Shown: one piece after another, positions 34,039 through 46,950 of the stretch
How the letters are laid out: every line of letters begins with the position of its first letter
How positions within the stretch are numbered: position 1 is the stretch's first letter
NCBI GenBank assembly: GCA_013265495.1
Contig: MU058337.1
Coordinates: 3,068,686 to 3,132,685, forward strand
Direction: 5' to 3'
Origin: Vicugna vicugna
Lineage: Eukaryota
DNA: 64,000 nucleotides
Made by a program: the position numbers and the translations under genes
The notes under the pieces: model-generated
What the model saw: only the letters and a program-made list of their open reading frames with translations
Database searches by the model: none
Told to the model about the DNA's origin: nothing

Positions 34039-36269
34039 GCGCCAGAAAACAAGCGCATTTCAAAAGCGGATGATGATGACCCTTCCCCTCGCAAGCCCAG
34101 CAACGGTTTCTCTGAAGTGTTAGGACTTTTTGAGTGAGACCCAAATTAATCTTTATTAATCCTCGTCACTGTGATTGCATAATGTCTAAACTTGAATGTC
34201 TGATGTGTGACTCGCTTTCCTCTTCCTCTGGAAATCAGAAGTGTGAAAATAAACCTTACGCTTTAAAAGAAACATCAAGTTTGAAAAAAAAAAAAAGATG
34301 CAATCATCTGAACCCAAAAGGGGAGGAAAAGTCTTCACAGGAGAGAAAATACACACCATGTCAGAGCTGCAGACGTGTTCTGTTACGTTAATATATTCAC
34401 CGCTCTATGTCAGGGCTGTGAAAAAAGGCAGCAAAACAAGAGGGCAGGTGGCCAAGTGCATAGAGAAATTTTTAAAAATTTGTTCATTTGCATTTTTTGA
34501 GAATCTCTCCTTAGAGCCTAATTAATACCTTTAAAATGACTTCCTGGAATGATCTGCATAGAGGCCCAACTGGAATTGCCAGGAGGTGCTAATTAGTGAG
34601 TGAGGTCAGGTTCCATAAAAAAATAAATAAATGCAAACACAAACACGTCACAACAAGGGCAGGTTTCTGCCGTTCTCAGTGTTTTCATTTGCTAACGTGC
34701 TTAGTCTGGCTCCCGGCCTGAATGGATAATCGGACATAGGACCCACGCACACTGCAATCGAGGGCATCTCACGATGTCAAATTAAACCAAACGCCATGGT
34801 GTTTAGTTCCCCTTCCCTAAACTTTAATTCTACTCTGATCTCTGAATCCCAGACCTTACAGGCTGACGCCATGTCCTCTTCCGACCTGACTTCCAAGCAT
34901 CAGTTATTATACAAAGCATCCCAGCATCTATAAGATTTTGGATTTGTTTATTTTTTTCTGATGTTATTACTTTCTGATATACTCATTAATCTTGATATAA
35001 AAATCAGTCTGCGTATTTTTTAAAGGTTAGAAATTGTATATCTAGTATAAAGAAGAACTTATGAGGTCGTATTTTTTTTTTTTTGCCAGAATTCCCTAAA
35101 GCAACATTAACATTAAGAAAAGAAATAGAGGAGATGTTAGCGGCCTGGGGTAGTCCTAATGAGGTTACCACACAGTTCTGGGAGCTGAAGGGGAAACTTT
35201 CCCAGCAGAGGGTAAAACTGCAGACTGTGGGCTGTGGGCTGCTGGCCGAGTCAGAGCCATAAGGAACTTATGGCTTCGACTTTGGGCGGTGACTTCCCGG
35301 GGCGCCAGTGGTCCGTGGGTGGTCAGCAGTGAGACCAGGATGGCTGCCCGACATCGTGATCATTCTCACGCTCTCCAGTCCAGAAGCGAGCACTGGAATC
35401 AGTCATTTTAGAGGGGGCGCATTATTCTAAGTCCAGTGGGCCAGGTGACTGGGGCGCTGGCTGAGGCGGAGCTGTGCCTTCGGGTGTGTCCGCAGGGATG
35501 AGCCCTGTTTTGGCACCTGTGCTGTGTCGCTTTCATAACCACACATTTCTGAAGTCTGAAACACATCCAGCTGCCAGGACCTTGGCCACCGAACTGAGGA
35601 CCTCCATCCCACTGCCCACGTTTCCTTTCTACCCTCCACCCTGAATCTCTCCTTCCTTCCAGACAAACGTCTTCAAAGTCTAAGTTGCTGGGTGTCCCCC
35701 ACTTCTCTTCACCGGCTTCTCTTCGTCCCACTTTTAGCACACCTTCATCTTCATCAGACCAGCTGGGTTGCTAGCAGCCCAATCAACAATGCCATCAGTG
35801 TCGCTGCTTTGAGGCCCATTGTTTCGTACGCTTGCTGTGACGTATGCGTTTCTTCATGCTTAGCTCCCAGGTTTCTCAACTTCTTACTCTGCTGATTTCA
35901 CCCTGGGTGACCTGTTCTACCCAAGACTCCAGGCTCTGCCTGACGGCTCCGCCTGACAGCTCCCTGATCTACAATTTTCCATTGGAAGGAATCTCTGCCA
36001 CACGTATTTCTCCCCCATTCCCCAAACCTCCACCCAGACACCACAGGAGCACCGTAACTTCTTGATCTTGGCCCCTAAGACTGGTTCTCATCCTGATGAT
36101 CATTTTTCAAGGAATCTTACCAAACTCTCTCCAGCTTCACAAGCCATAAATATTCCTGTCCATTCCCACACTTTACATATCACCAATTTGACTTTATCTC
36201 CTGAAAATGGCGTACATCTGTATACTTCTCTGGATTTGCACTGCTACCACCTAGTTAGGAGAAATGATG

Positions 36270-36460
36270 CCCACTGAGAACTTAAGAAGTGCCAGGCTCT
36301 GTGATATTTGTTCTATGTGAATTGTGGTGTCTAAGCTGTACAGCGACCTTATCAGGGCATTGTTGTCACCACTGTTGTGCACATGAGGGGAGCGGACTTT
36401 GTGTGCTGTGTGAGTCCCATGGCCGCAAAGCTGCGCACAGACAAGTCTAACTTTATAAGC
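36270..36460 (-). mobile_element. MIR fragment
   Basis: CACTGAGAACTTAAGAAGTGCCAGGCTCTGTG...TTGTCACCACTGTTGTGCACATGAGGGG. Confidence 0.55.
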
Positions 36461-36579
36461 TGGGAGTATACTGCTCTTTCAAGCAGTACTCAAACTTACT
36501 CCTTCTTACACTTCTTACCCTCATAGTTGTACTGAATTCCTAATTGGTCTCCTTCTAACACTCTCTTTTATGTGTATAA

Positions 36580-37242
36580 ATATATATATATATATATTTA
36601 TTGAAGTATAGTCAGTCTACTGTTGTGTTCAATTTCTGGTATACAGTGTCATGTTTCAGTCATACATGAATATACATATATTCATTTTCATATTCTTTTT
36701 CACCATAAGTTACTACAAGATATTGAATATAGTTCCCTGAGCTATACAGTATGAACTTGTTTACCTGTTTATATATATATTAGTATCTGAAAATCTCAAA
36801 CTCCCACCCCTTTCCCCACCCCGTAACCATAAGTTTGTTTTCTATGTCTATGAGTCTGTTTCTGTTTTGTAAATAAGTTCATCTGTCTTTTTCTTTTTTT
36901 TAGATTCCATATATTAGTGATATCAAATGGCATTTTTCTTTCTCTTTCCAGCTTACTTCACTTAGAATGACATTCTCCAGGTCCATCCATGTTGCTGCAA
37001 ATGGCATTATTATATTATTTTTTGTGGCTGAGTAGTATTCCATCGTGTTTATACATAACACAGCTTCTTTATCCAGTCATCTGTTGATGGACATCTAGGT
37101 TGTTTCCATGTCTTGGCTACTGTAACTAGTGCTACTATGAACATTGGGGTGCATGCATCTGTTTGAATTAAGGTTCCCTCTGGATTTATGCCCAGGAGTG
37201 GGATTACTTGATCATATGGTAAGTCTATTTTTAGTCTTTTGA
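36580..37242 (-). mobile_element. young L1 3' fragment (camelid type)
   Basis: (TA)n TTTATTGAAGTATAGTCAG...CAAGATATTGAATATAGTTCCCTGAGCTATACAG...CATCCATGTTGCTGCAAATGGCATT...; low divergence. Confidence 0.9.
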
Positions 37243-37849
37243 CATTCTTATCATGTTCCTTTCAAAATATTCTCTGTCATTCCTTCATTCAGACCTTACA
37301 AGATTTCCTCTAGCTTCTGGGTGAAAGTAAAGTTCTGATCAGAAACCTACAGGCCTCTATTTGATGTGGTTTGGCCGTTCCCCCAACCACACAGGAAGCT
37401 GGCCCCCGTTTCCATCTTTCTCCCAGCTCTCTGCTACTCTTGAAAATCATTGCATAGTCCTTTCCATTCTTGCTATTACTGTGGATTTCTGGAATGTCAT
37501 TCTCCTGCCAGCCTGATTATCTGATTAACCTTTGGATTCTACATAATGCTATAAAATACTAAAAGGCAAGAACCCATATCTAGTCTTTCTTCACCATGCC
37601 TACACACCATACTTAATAAATATTTGTCAGAGAAACACATTTTCTTTTAACAACCATACAATTCTAACTATATGATGGTACTCTAAAATAATGCATGTCT
37701 TTATAGAAAATGTGGGGAATTGGTATAGAGTCAAAGGGATAAAAAGAAGAAAGAAAAAGAAAGAATACCAAAAAAAGAAAATCACCTATACAGAAATGAT
37801 AATATTTTATTAATATTTATCCCATTATTTTGCCATTGACAGATATCAT

Positions 37850-38400
37850 ATTACTTATATTTTATCTGACTATGATTTACTTAACATTTTATTTAAAAAG
37901 TTTCTTGTAGCACTAACAGCTTTAATGTTCATAACTGTAATGGCTATGTACTAATCCAATTGGGTTTAAATGTTGTTTAACTTACCAAATACTCATCACA
38001 TAGCTAATTAGATTATTTCCAAGCCTTGGCAATATGAATGATGATCTAATAAACATCTCTGCACATAAAGCTTTTCTTCCTATTATATTTTTTTAGAATA
38101 TTTACCTGATAGAACAATTAGCGAAAGAAGGATTCATGACTCTTTAAACAGCATGTGTGCTTATTGCTAAGTTATTTCTGAAATGATTTCCCAATGAATA
38201 GGAAAGCCACATTCATCTACTTGCTAAAATTTATTGTCCTCCATCATTTCATTTTTGTTAAATTTTAGACCCCAAAATACTATATTATTGATTAATTTGC
38301 GTTTCTTTAAATTTATTGATGAAATGTTTTATTATAATAAATTCTTATCTATATCCTCTCACTTCTATTTTTGTATTTATCAATATATGTGTGTGTTTAT
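37850..38400 (-). mobile_element. very old L1ME-like fragment
   Basis: TTAGATTATTTCCAA...AATAAACATCTCTGCACATAAAG...TTGATTAATTTGCGTTTCTTTA. Confidence 0.5.
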
Positions 38401-38456
38401 GTATATTTGGATACATTAGTCTATACACTTCTTTAATATACAGCTATTTATTCCCT

Positions 38457-38512
38457 AGATATAATTATTTAGAGATTTTGATGCAGATATAATTATTTAG
38501 AGATTTTGATGC
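38457..38512. repeat. perfect 28-bp tandem duplication
   Basis: AGATATAATTATTTAGAGATTTTGATGC twice (38457-38484 and 38485-38512). Confidence 0.95.
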
Positions 38513-41500
38513 ACATATATTTTTCTCTCTATATAGATGGATATCTTTTTAGATTTTGATATGGACATTGGCATAGATATAAATAGAGACATAAATACAG
38601 ATACATTCTACGTGTCAGGAAGTGCACTGGACTCTGAAAACCCAGGAGTGAAGAAATAGGCTTCTAGAAATAATGGAAGAAACCAACAGTAAATAATGTT
38701 GCTATCCATATCACTGCTTTTCCAGAATATCGGAATTTAAGGCATATGGATTCAAGCATTATAATAAAACCCAGAAGTAATTTTTCAAATCCTTTTCTTT
38801 CTTACTTAGTGTTTTTGATAGTTTTATTGAAGTTGATGTCATCTCTCCCTGTGGGGGGAGGGGAGAGACCACACTTGGTGAGCGTTCTCTTTAGTTACAC
38901 ACTGGTCTACAATATCTTGGCACAGTTGGGGTAAACTGAGAGAATGATGGCTTTTCTGAAGACTCTGATCTGGGTAATTTCAAACTTTTCTAACATTCCC
39001 AGAATGTACTTTACCTGAAGTTCATGATTGTTTTCATCAAAGAATCGTATTTTGTGAAATGCCGAGTATACACTACACTAGTCTGTGGGGGAAGCCCAGC
39101 TGTGCTTTCTCTGATCTCCCGAAGGATCTTAAGATTTAAATTTAAATTAAGATTTCCCCATTATTTTAATGTTCTTCCTACAAATTAAATCAAGTAACCT
39201 TAGATCACCAAGTGTGATTGCTCTATTTTGTATTAAGTATTTAATAGACATTTTCTGAGCGTGGAATTCTCTTTGTACCTACTGCATTACAAGTATAGGT
39301 GATTTCTTTAGATTTTAATGAGACTGAGGGTGTTAAAATCGTTGGATTTTTCGCCGTTTTGCCGTCAGTCCATCTCACATTGCCCCAAGAGCAGACATAA
39401 GCCATTTACTTCATATTCTCTCATAGTGATTGATCTATTACCCTAGAACTTTGAACTCTGAATTGTATGATCAGCCTGCTGAGTACCACTGGGTCTCAAA
39501 ATCATGTCCCATGGACAAGTCATTGATCCAACTGAAAGAAAAACTGCACTGTAGCCAAGGTCTAATTACTCCCAAACGTGTCAGGATTTTCAGAATGTTT
39601 TTCATGAGGAAATAAAAAGCTACAGAGAATATCAAAGAGCTTTTCGAGGAGTGTGCCACACACCTAGTAGTAACTCCGTTGCCTGCTCCCTGGTTGAGAT
39701 GAGAAAATGCCAACATTTACGTAAATCAAATTTAAGTAGAACGATAAACAATAGTCAAGAAAATTGCTAGAAAGTGAAAACTTAGAGCAAGTAATTCCAG
39801 TAGTCTCTCCATTTCTTATCTTCTTACCCATATCAAAAACAGTCTCGTACACATTAATTTGCTATTGGAACTTAAAAATCAGGTTTTGCAGAAATTTTAT
39901 ACAAAATTTTAATATATCGTAATTTGTTTACTTAGTTAATTCACCACTTCATCCTGACCCACTTTTTGACCTGCAGGAGTTACATATTAAATGTGAGGAG
40001 TTACACTACTTAATAAATAATGTTGTTGCAGTTTATTTAAAATTAATTGATATTTCTCCATATCAAAAAGTCAAGGTGTAGGTAGTGAAGGTAGAGAGCA
40101 TCAATGGGCAATGACTTAAAAATATACTTGTAGAAACCTGCCTTTCCTGTGACTCTTTTTCTCAGAATTTGAAAAAATTAGCATTGTTTTTCCTTTCTCG
40201 TCATGGAGTTGGTCCTCAATTTTTCCATCTCCCTGACTCTCTCCTAAACTTCTAGAGAGAAAGGAAACTATGTATGAGTATAAAGAATTTCAGGGAACAT
40301 TTGCTGTCAAGATTAAATTAATGCATTTTTTTCAGAGCATTAAGATTTAATATGTCTTGGGGGATGGAAGCAAACCAATAACCAAGATCTACTAAAATCA
40401 GCATTAATCAAACTTTACAGAATTTTCCACTGAAGTGTTAAGTCCTACTGTTCTTTCTTATGTTTCTAGTTCATAGCAATGATGGATTTAAAATGTATAT
40501 TTCCCCATTATGACTGTATGTTCTTTAGGATTTTAAAATGTTGGGAAGTATAGGGAAGTCAATGGGTACAGTTATTAATACCTAAGTTGGACTGTATATT
40601 GTAAAAATTTCAATAATACAATGAAATTAAGAGAGGAGACATAATCTCAATTTAACATATTTTTAATCTGTCCTTTGTAGAATGTTGATTTGAGTATGAA
40701 TTGTTAATTAATGAGCGTTAATTGGGAAACTACTGTCGAGTCAGCCCTCTGCTCAACACTGAGAATGGCTAAGGAGCCCGCCTCCTGTCACCAGCAGGCC
40801 CCTGCCTTCTGCGCTAGCAGGGGTGGATGAGCATACGTGCAGTGGAAAAAAGCAATAAAAGCAATAAATGTTGTAACAGAGGTTTGTACAGAAGTAATAG
40901 GGACTTTTACAGAACAGTTAACGCCACCTGAGGGAGGGAAAACAAAACTGTGTAAGGGATATAAAACTTAGGCTGTATCTTGAAGAATTAATAGAAATCC
41001 TGATATTTTTGCCAGGAAAAAAGATGATTCCAACCAGGTGGAATAAAGAATTAATCCCAGAACTTTCTGAAGGTAACGCATCAACAGACTACAGAACTTG
41101 GCAGTTTTAACCAACCCCATAATGTTAAAGAAAAAATTATCAGCAGCTTTCAATAGTATTCAGCTATATCTTGCTTATGTACAAAATATAGAGGAAATCT
41201 GACGTAAAACGCCAACGATCGAAACACTTGTTGAGTCACAATTCTTGTAATTGTCTCAGTTCAAACATTTACAATTCTTGGGCAAGACGATGTTTCTGTT
41301 CTGTTTGTGTTCTGCATGGACTTTGATTCACAGGTGAAGCAGCTGCTCTAGCTGGACACACAAGTGTCTGAATCACCGCTGCTGCTTCACGGATGGTGGA
41401 CAATCTCTTTCTCTCTCTGATTGACAATTTTTTACCCATTTGCCTGCCTCCTTATCGGAACATGGGTAATACTAGTGACTGCTCCTGGGTTTGTGAATTT

Positions 41501-42489
41501 CTGTGCACTATCCTTTACCCACGTTAACATTACTGGTATCATCCTCATCACGACCACCACCACCATTTTCATGATAATTCACTTAGAAAGAGAATATTAT
41601 TAATAGTGATGAATTGAGAAAGAAAATTTGTATTTTTAGAAACAGCAAAATCAGCTAATCTTTTATTTCCAAAAGAAATCAGTCATGACCGAATAGGAAA
41701 GGAATCTGTTGTTTTATCGTTTTTTTTTTTTCAAATAAATTTTATTTTTGCAAGAAAATTTCATTCAAAATATGTCTTTTCTTTTTTTTTGTCTTTTCTT
41801 CAAGCATGTATTAAAATTGCCAAATATGATTTATTTTATAAGTAAATCACTCATTTTTGGGGACTGCGACATGATTGCTACTTATATAATTATCTTGAAC
41901 AAAGAGGATCCATGTTTTTCTGTAAGTTGTGGTTGCTGTCACTTTATCTCTAGGCTCTAACATCAGGGAAGTCTATAAAACAATGTTTCGTTTGCTTTGC
42001 AACCAACCACTTTCCCCCCCTTTTAACATCTCTGGAATAGACATTAAATGCTGCCACACAGATTAATGTCTTTCCATAAGGATTTGGGAGATAGTTTTGA
42101 TTTCAGAGAAAGAACACTGAAGTTGGTACCAGAAGACATATTTAAACCCAAATCTGTCTCTTACACACTGTGGACTCTTTTGTCAATCATTGCATTTCTT
42201 TATGGGACTTCTTTCTTCATTGAAATTGAAATGATAAAACCATTTGTTTTTGTTGCAAGAATGAATCAAGATAAACTATTTTGCCGACTGCTCTCACATC
42301 TACAAACCCAAGGTAGTATTACTAATTAATACAGATGTCATTGTCATTCAACTAATGAAAAATGCCCCCAGGTAAGTTTAATGGGAGAATGTATTTCCTA
42401 GCAGTGGGAAACTTTCTTTCCCTCCATTCCAGACTTCAGGATTATGTAAAATGTGTGTGAGAAGCCACTGCTTCCTAAAAGCTGAACTG

Positions 42490-42511
42490 GTGTGTGTGTG
42501 TGTGTGTGTGT
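42490..42511. repeat. (GT)11 microsatellite
   Basis: perfect GT run. Confidence 0.95.
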
Positions 42512-45500
42512 AGAGACAGATCTGGATTTTTTAAAGAATTTCCAGATTCATTTCATGCTTTCATTCTCCAAGGTATTTGTATTTGCTGTTAACTGCATTT
42601 AAAATTCAAACCAAACCCTACAGTTCTTTTTTCACGTTAGCCTTCCTTTGACACAAGGACTGTAGCTCAGTTAGGACTTAGAATCTCCGTGGTTCCCAGA
42701 ATTCCTTGTCAACGAGAGCTTCTTTCATCTCCCGCCCATCTGCAGTGTCTCACCTTCACCTCTGCAGGCACTGTGTAATTATCATGTCCGCGGACTACTT
42801 TTCTTTTCTCCATCAGCTTTGACAAGAAGATGGATCCTCTCGCTACAGAGTACATGTCATTGTTCATGAAGCCCTTGCCCAACAGGAACTTAAATATTAA
42901 TTGTGAAAAAGCGGCATGGGGTAAGGATCTTTGATGAACTAAAATTACTGTTGTGCCATGATGTGAAGGGCCTTTAATTTTGCCATCTGGGTCTAATTGA
43001 CAGAGAATGACTAAGAATTGTAGCCTGGAGAATTGGTGAACTTTGTGTATGGACAATTAACTAGAAAAAGAAAGAGCTAGTTTGGAAAATTGTATCTGAA
43101 AATGAGGTGTCTGAACACCTTTGGATTATGCAGCCAGTTTTCCATCAAAGAGACCCATTTCTTGCACTGAACAGTAGCTGGACTGCTTAAGATTGGTGTC
43201 TGTGCACTTGGACCCAAATAAAGATATCAACATTCTAAAGAAACCATGGCCCGTGTCATGGGATCTCCCAGTGTTTTCCCTGTGGCTAACAGTTCTTACT
43301 GCACTTCCTATTACAACAAAGATCATTTCACCAGATCTCTGATGTAAGTTTCTAAGGCTTTTGATTTAGCAGATATTTATCTCTAACAGGAAAAAAAAAT
43401 GAAGAAGCCGATCATAGATGTTTACATTTTTAGGCTAAAATTAATTGATTGTGGGTTTATTCACAAGATTAGTTTTTATTTTCAAAATGCACAAAGGAGA
43501 ACGAAATTGAATTGAAGCACTAGACGCTTTAAAAACAATTAATTTACTAGAAAAACTAATGAGCTATTAACCTGCTGTTATCAAATGGTAATCTGCTTAC
43601 AAATTTCCTTAGCTGAACTATCTTTTTTCTTCCAAATTGATGTGCTTAGGCTGTGTGTACTTTATAATGTAGAATTATGGTGTTGCAAAATCAATGAGAA
43701 CACATTTCTTACATACATTAGCTATAATAAATGGCTTTTAAAAATTATTGGGATTTTGACCATCACTTCAAAAAAGGAGCATTTGATGTTCACATTTTCT
43801 TAAACCTCAGGGAACTTTACATTTGAAAGTTATGTGTGGGAAAATACCACACTGGATAGACTTTAACATTTCAAATTACAAAGAAAATTATAAATGTTAA
43901 GCCTAGCGGATGCCTAGCCCAGTCCTCTCTTTGGAAAGATAGAAGAACTGAGACCAGAAGGGTTTGTAACTCCGCTAGTTCATATCACAGTTGCCTCCAT
44001 GTCTTTTCTGCTGATCTCAGTCTAACACTCAAACCACTAAAAGGAGTCAGGAAGCATCACAGGTACAATCCAAATGCATGACTTACAGCTTCAAGATCAA
44101 GATCACTTTATGACAAAAATAATTACAGGACAACTGTATCAAAAGCTCAGTTTGGAGCCTCCATTTAAAACTTACAGAATACCCAAAGCAACACCTAATC
44201 TTGAACATCGCAAATGTCAATGGGGTGAGGAAAAAAGGCAACATACCTCAGGAGGAAATATGTCAGTGTTTCCTATTTAAATATATATTTTGGAAGCAAG
44301 AAAAGACCAGATAGGAAGTCTGTTTTCAATAATTCCTTAGGGAAGCCTCCTAATATATGAATGAACAAAACTGGGTTTGGTGAGTATCTTGATAGCTAAA
44401 GAAAATTTTCAATCCGTATTCACCTCTTTGGCATCTTTTGGCATTGCTTATGTATGGTGGTATATATATGCCTGTGTGATTTATTCTGTAAGCTCTGTGC
44501 TTGGAGTCAATGCTTCAAATGGTGTCAGCATGGATTTCTAGAAGGAGAGTAAGCTTTTAGGGGAAGATATGCTGCTGCCTCTGTTTCTGGCCATGATAAT
44601 GGTTTACATGTGTCAAAAATTGTCATTTCAAAAATAATAAAAGTTTTTTCAAATATATACAGGCTGCCTAAGAATTATGCCAAAATGTATTTCCTTTCCA
44701 TCATTTCAGAATATACGTATCAAACATTTTCACCAGGTCACTCCACTTTAGATCACTGAAGCAGCAGAGGTTACTGAAATTTTCTCCCGGTTGCATCGGT
44801 CAGTATGATCAAAAGGAGACTGCCGGCATCACTTCATCTTAATCACACGTAGTTAATTAGAATAATGTATGTCTGGGGAGCAAGAGAGGCTAGCCTGTCC
44901 CTGGAATAGGCGTCCAACCCCTTGAAAGCCATCCAAGTGAAGGCAATATATGGACCATACAAACTAATGAACACTTCTCCTCTCTTATTGTTGCTGTGTT
45001 AAAAAAAAAAGTGTATTTCTTCTGAGCCGAACGCGGCTCCCCACGTGACTTCTGTGCACTGCTATTAACCAGTAACGAGCTCGTCCGCACACTGCTATCA
45101 GGCTTCTGTTTCTCTTCGTGCCTGCCAAAACATCCCTTTTTAATAATACCCTAAAACAGGTCCTTCCTGTCTTTTCTCTTATTTAAATGTATTCTTGTTC
45201 CTGTGTATTATTAACATCGCCAATGCTGTCTCCTAGGTAAAAGATTAATTACCTGGCTGTGATTCACAGAAATGGAGCAGTAACTAAATCACTGAGGGAA
45301 TATGTCAGAAAATCAGTCATTGCTGTATCACCGATAAAATTCTTTAAAAGAAGAAATAAAGAAACACTCTTCAGTATAGGAACGTGCCCATATGCCAGGG
45401 GAAGGCACCTCAAGCCTTTGTTTAGACGTGGATGGTACCCCAAAGGGCCTCCATTGGCAGTAGCCAATGCCTACTTAACACTGATGAATGGGTCTGACTT

Positions 45501-46769
45501 TATCAAGATGCTGCCCCGTAAGTGAATATCTCTTTGGTGCTCATTAATTAAATTTGGGTTAGCTATATTTCTGTGAACCCTCAATAACTGGTGGTACTAG
45601 GGGAGAATCAAACCTCACTTCTAATTAAAGTTGTAACTGTGATTTGCAGTCTTTGAAGTTTTTTTTTCCCCCAAAATGCTGTTCCTGAGACCCTGTTTTG
45701 TTTTCTAGCTTCTTTCAAGAAATCAGTAACTCTCAAATAGCATTATACAGCACAGATTTATCAAAACATAATGGACTATGAATAATGATAATTTCAAAAC
45801 AAAGATTATGCATAATCCAATTTGATACACCCAAAAGCCAAATCACAGGCATAATAATGATAATAATCATAGTAATAAAGATAAAATTGGAGGATATTAA
45901 CATCAACAGGAATCATAGCTCCATGACTTGATCAAGCATCTCTCTCTCGCTCCCTTGCTCTTTTTTCCTTTTACCCTCTTTTCTCTTTGCAACACCTCAT
46001 CCTAGGTCTCAGCCCCCATGAAGCTTGCTGTCAGCTTTTCTCAAATCTCATTCTGCAAATACATTAGTATCTTCTATTTTTTTTTAATTAAGTTGCTACA
46101 TTCATTGAGTGTGGCGATCATCAGAAAGACTGGTCAGGAAAGTGTAAGACTGTGGCATCCCAAGACTGATGAGTTTCAGAACAACTTCTGTATCCATTCA
46201 TTAGTTTTCAAGGTATTGGATCTATTGTCCTCAAATGTGTCAAGAATACAGCTAACCAGAAAGTGATTTATTCCAATAATATCTTTACACATAAAGCAAA
46301 GTAGAGAGAATTCAATGAGATGTAACAAAAAAGTCAGAACTTAGCTTCATCCTGGAATTTCCAGGGTCCGTGTTTGGATGCACCAAATGATCTTGCATGG
46401 AGCCATGACTGACACCAAAACTGTCATCCTTAATAACAGTTAAGGGTTGTAGGAACCGTACTGAGTTCATCTTTTCATTCCATTGTCATTACACTTGGTC
46501 TGAAGCTTTCAGTTTTTAATTACTTTTTAAATAAAGAGATTTATTTGATTTAAAAATAATAGGGAGAAGAAATGTGGTGGATTTGTTTTTTTACATCAGG
46601 ATCAACAGAAACTTTCCATTTTGGTTCATATGTAAAGGACATACCATAATTTACAACAAAGTCACAGAATACCAAAAGCACATGTTAACTATGACAGGAT
46701 AGTTCTGAAGATGTAACATGTGCCAAAAAGAATTACAGAATTTGCACAGATATTCATTTGAATTTGGCA

Positions 46770-46950
46770 TCTGTCACAATGAAACTGCTGTAGTCACTTA
46801 ACTTTCCTGAAACTCATTTTTTACGCCATATAATATCAACTGCCCCTTAGATTTATTGAGAGATTATGTAAAGGCATATATGGAAAGCTAATAGCATGGT
46901 ATCAGGCATAGGGTTTAGTATGTGGTCCCCGATTAAAGCTTTGATCATTA
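46770..46950 (+). mobile_element. MIR fragment
   Basis: AGTCACTTAACTTTCCTGAAACTCATTTT...TTATTGAGAGATTA...ATATGGAAAGC...TAGCATGGTATCAGGCATAG. Confidence 0.6.

Larger units (their letters stand above)
35630..37630 (+). mobile_element. old L2 fragment interrupted by a MIR and a young L1
   Basis: Pyrimidine-rich L2-like pieces (TCTTGATCTTGGCCCC, CACTGCTACCACCTAG, CCTAATTGGTCTCC, CCTACAGGCCTCTATTTGAT) ending in CTTAATAAATATTTGT. Confidence 0.6.

Noticed and set aside
42657..42710. tRNA-like start (GGACTGTAGCTCAGTTAGG)
   Set aside because: A-box-like only; no B box or cloverleaf follows.
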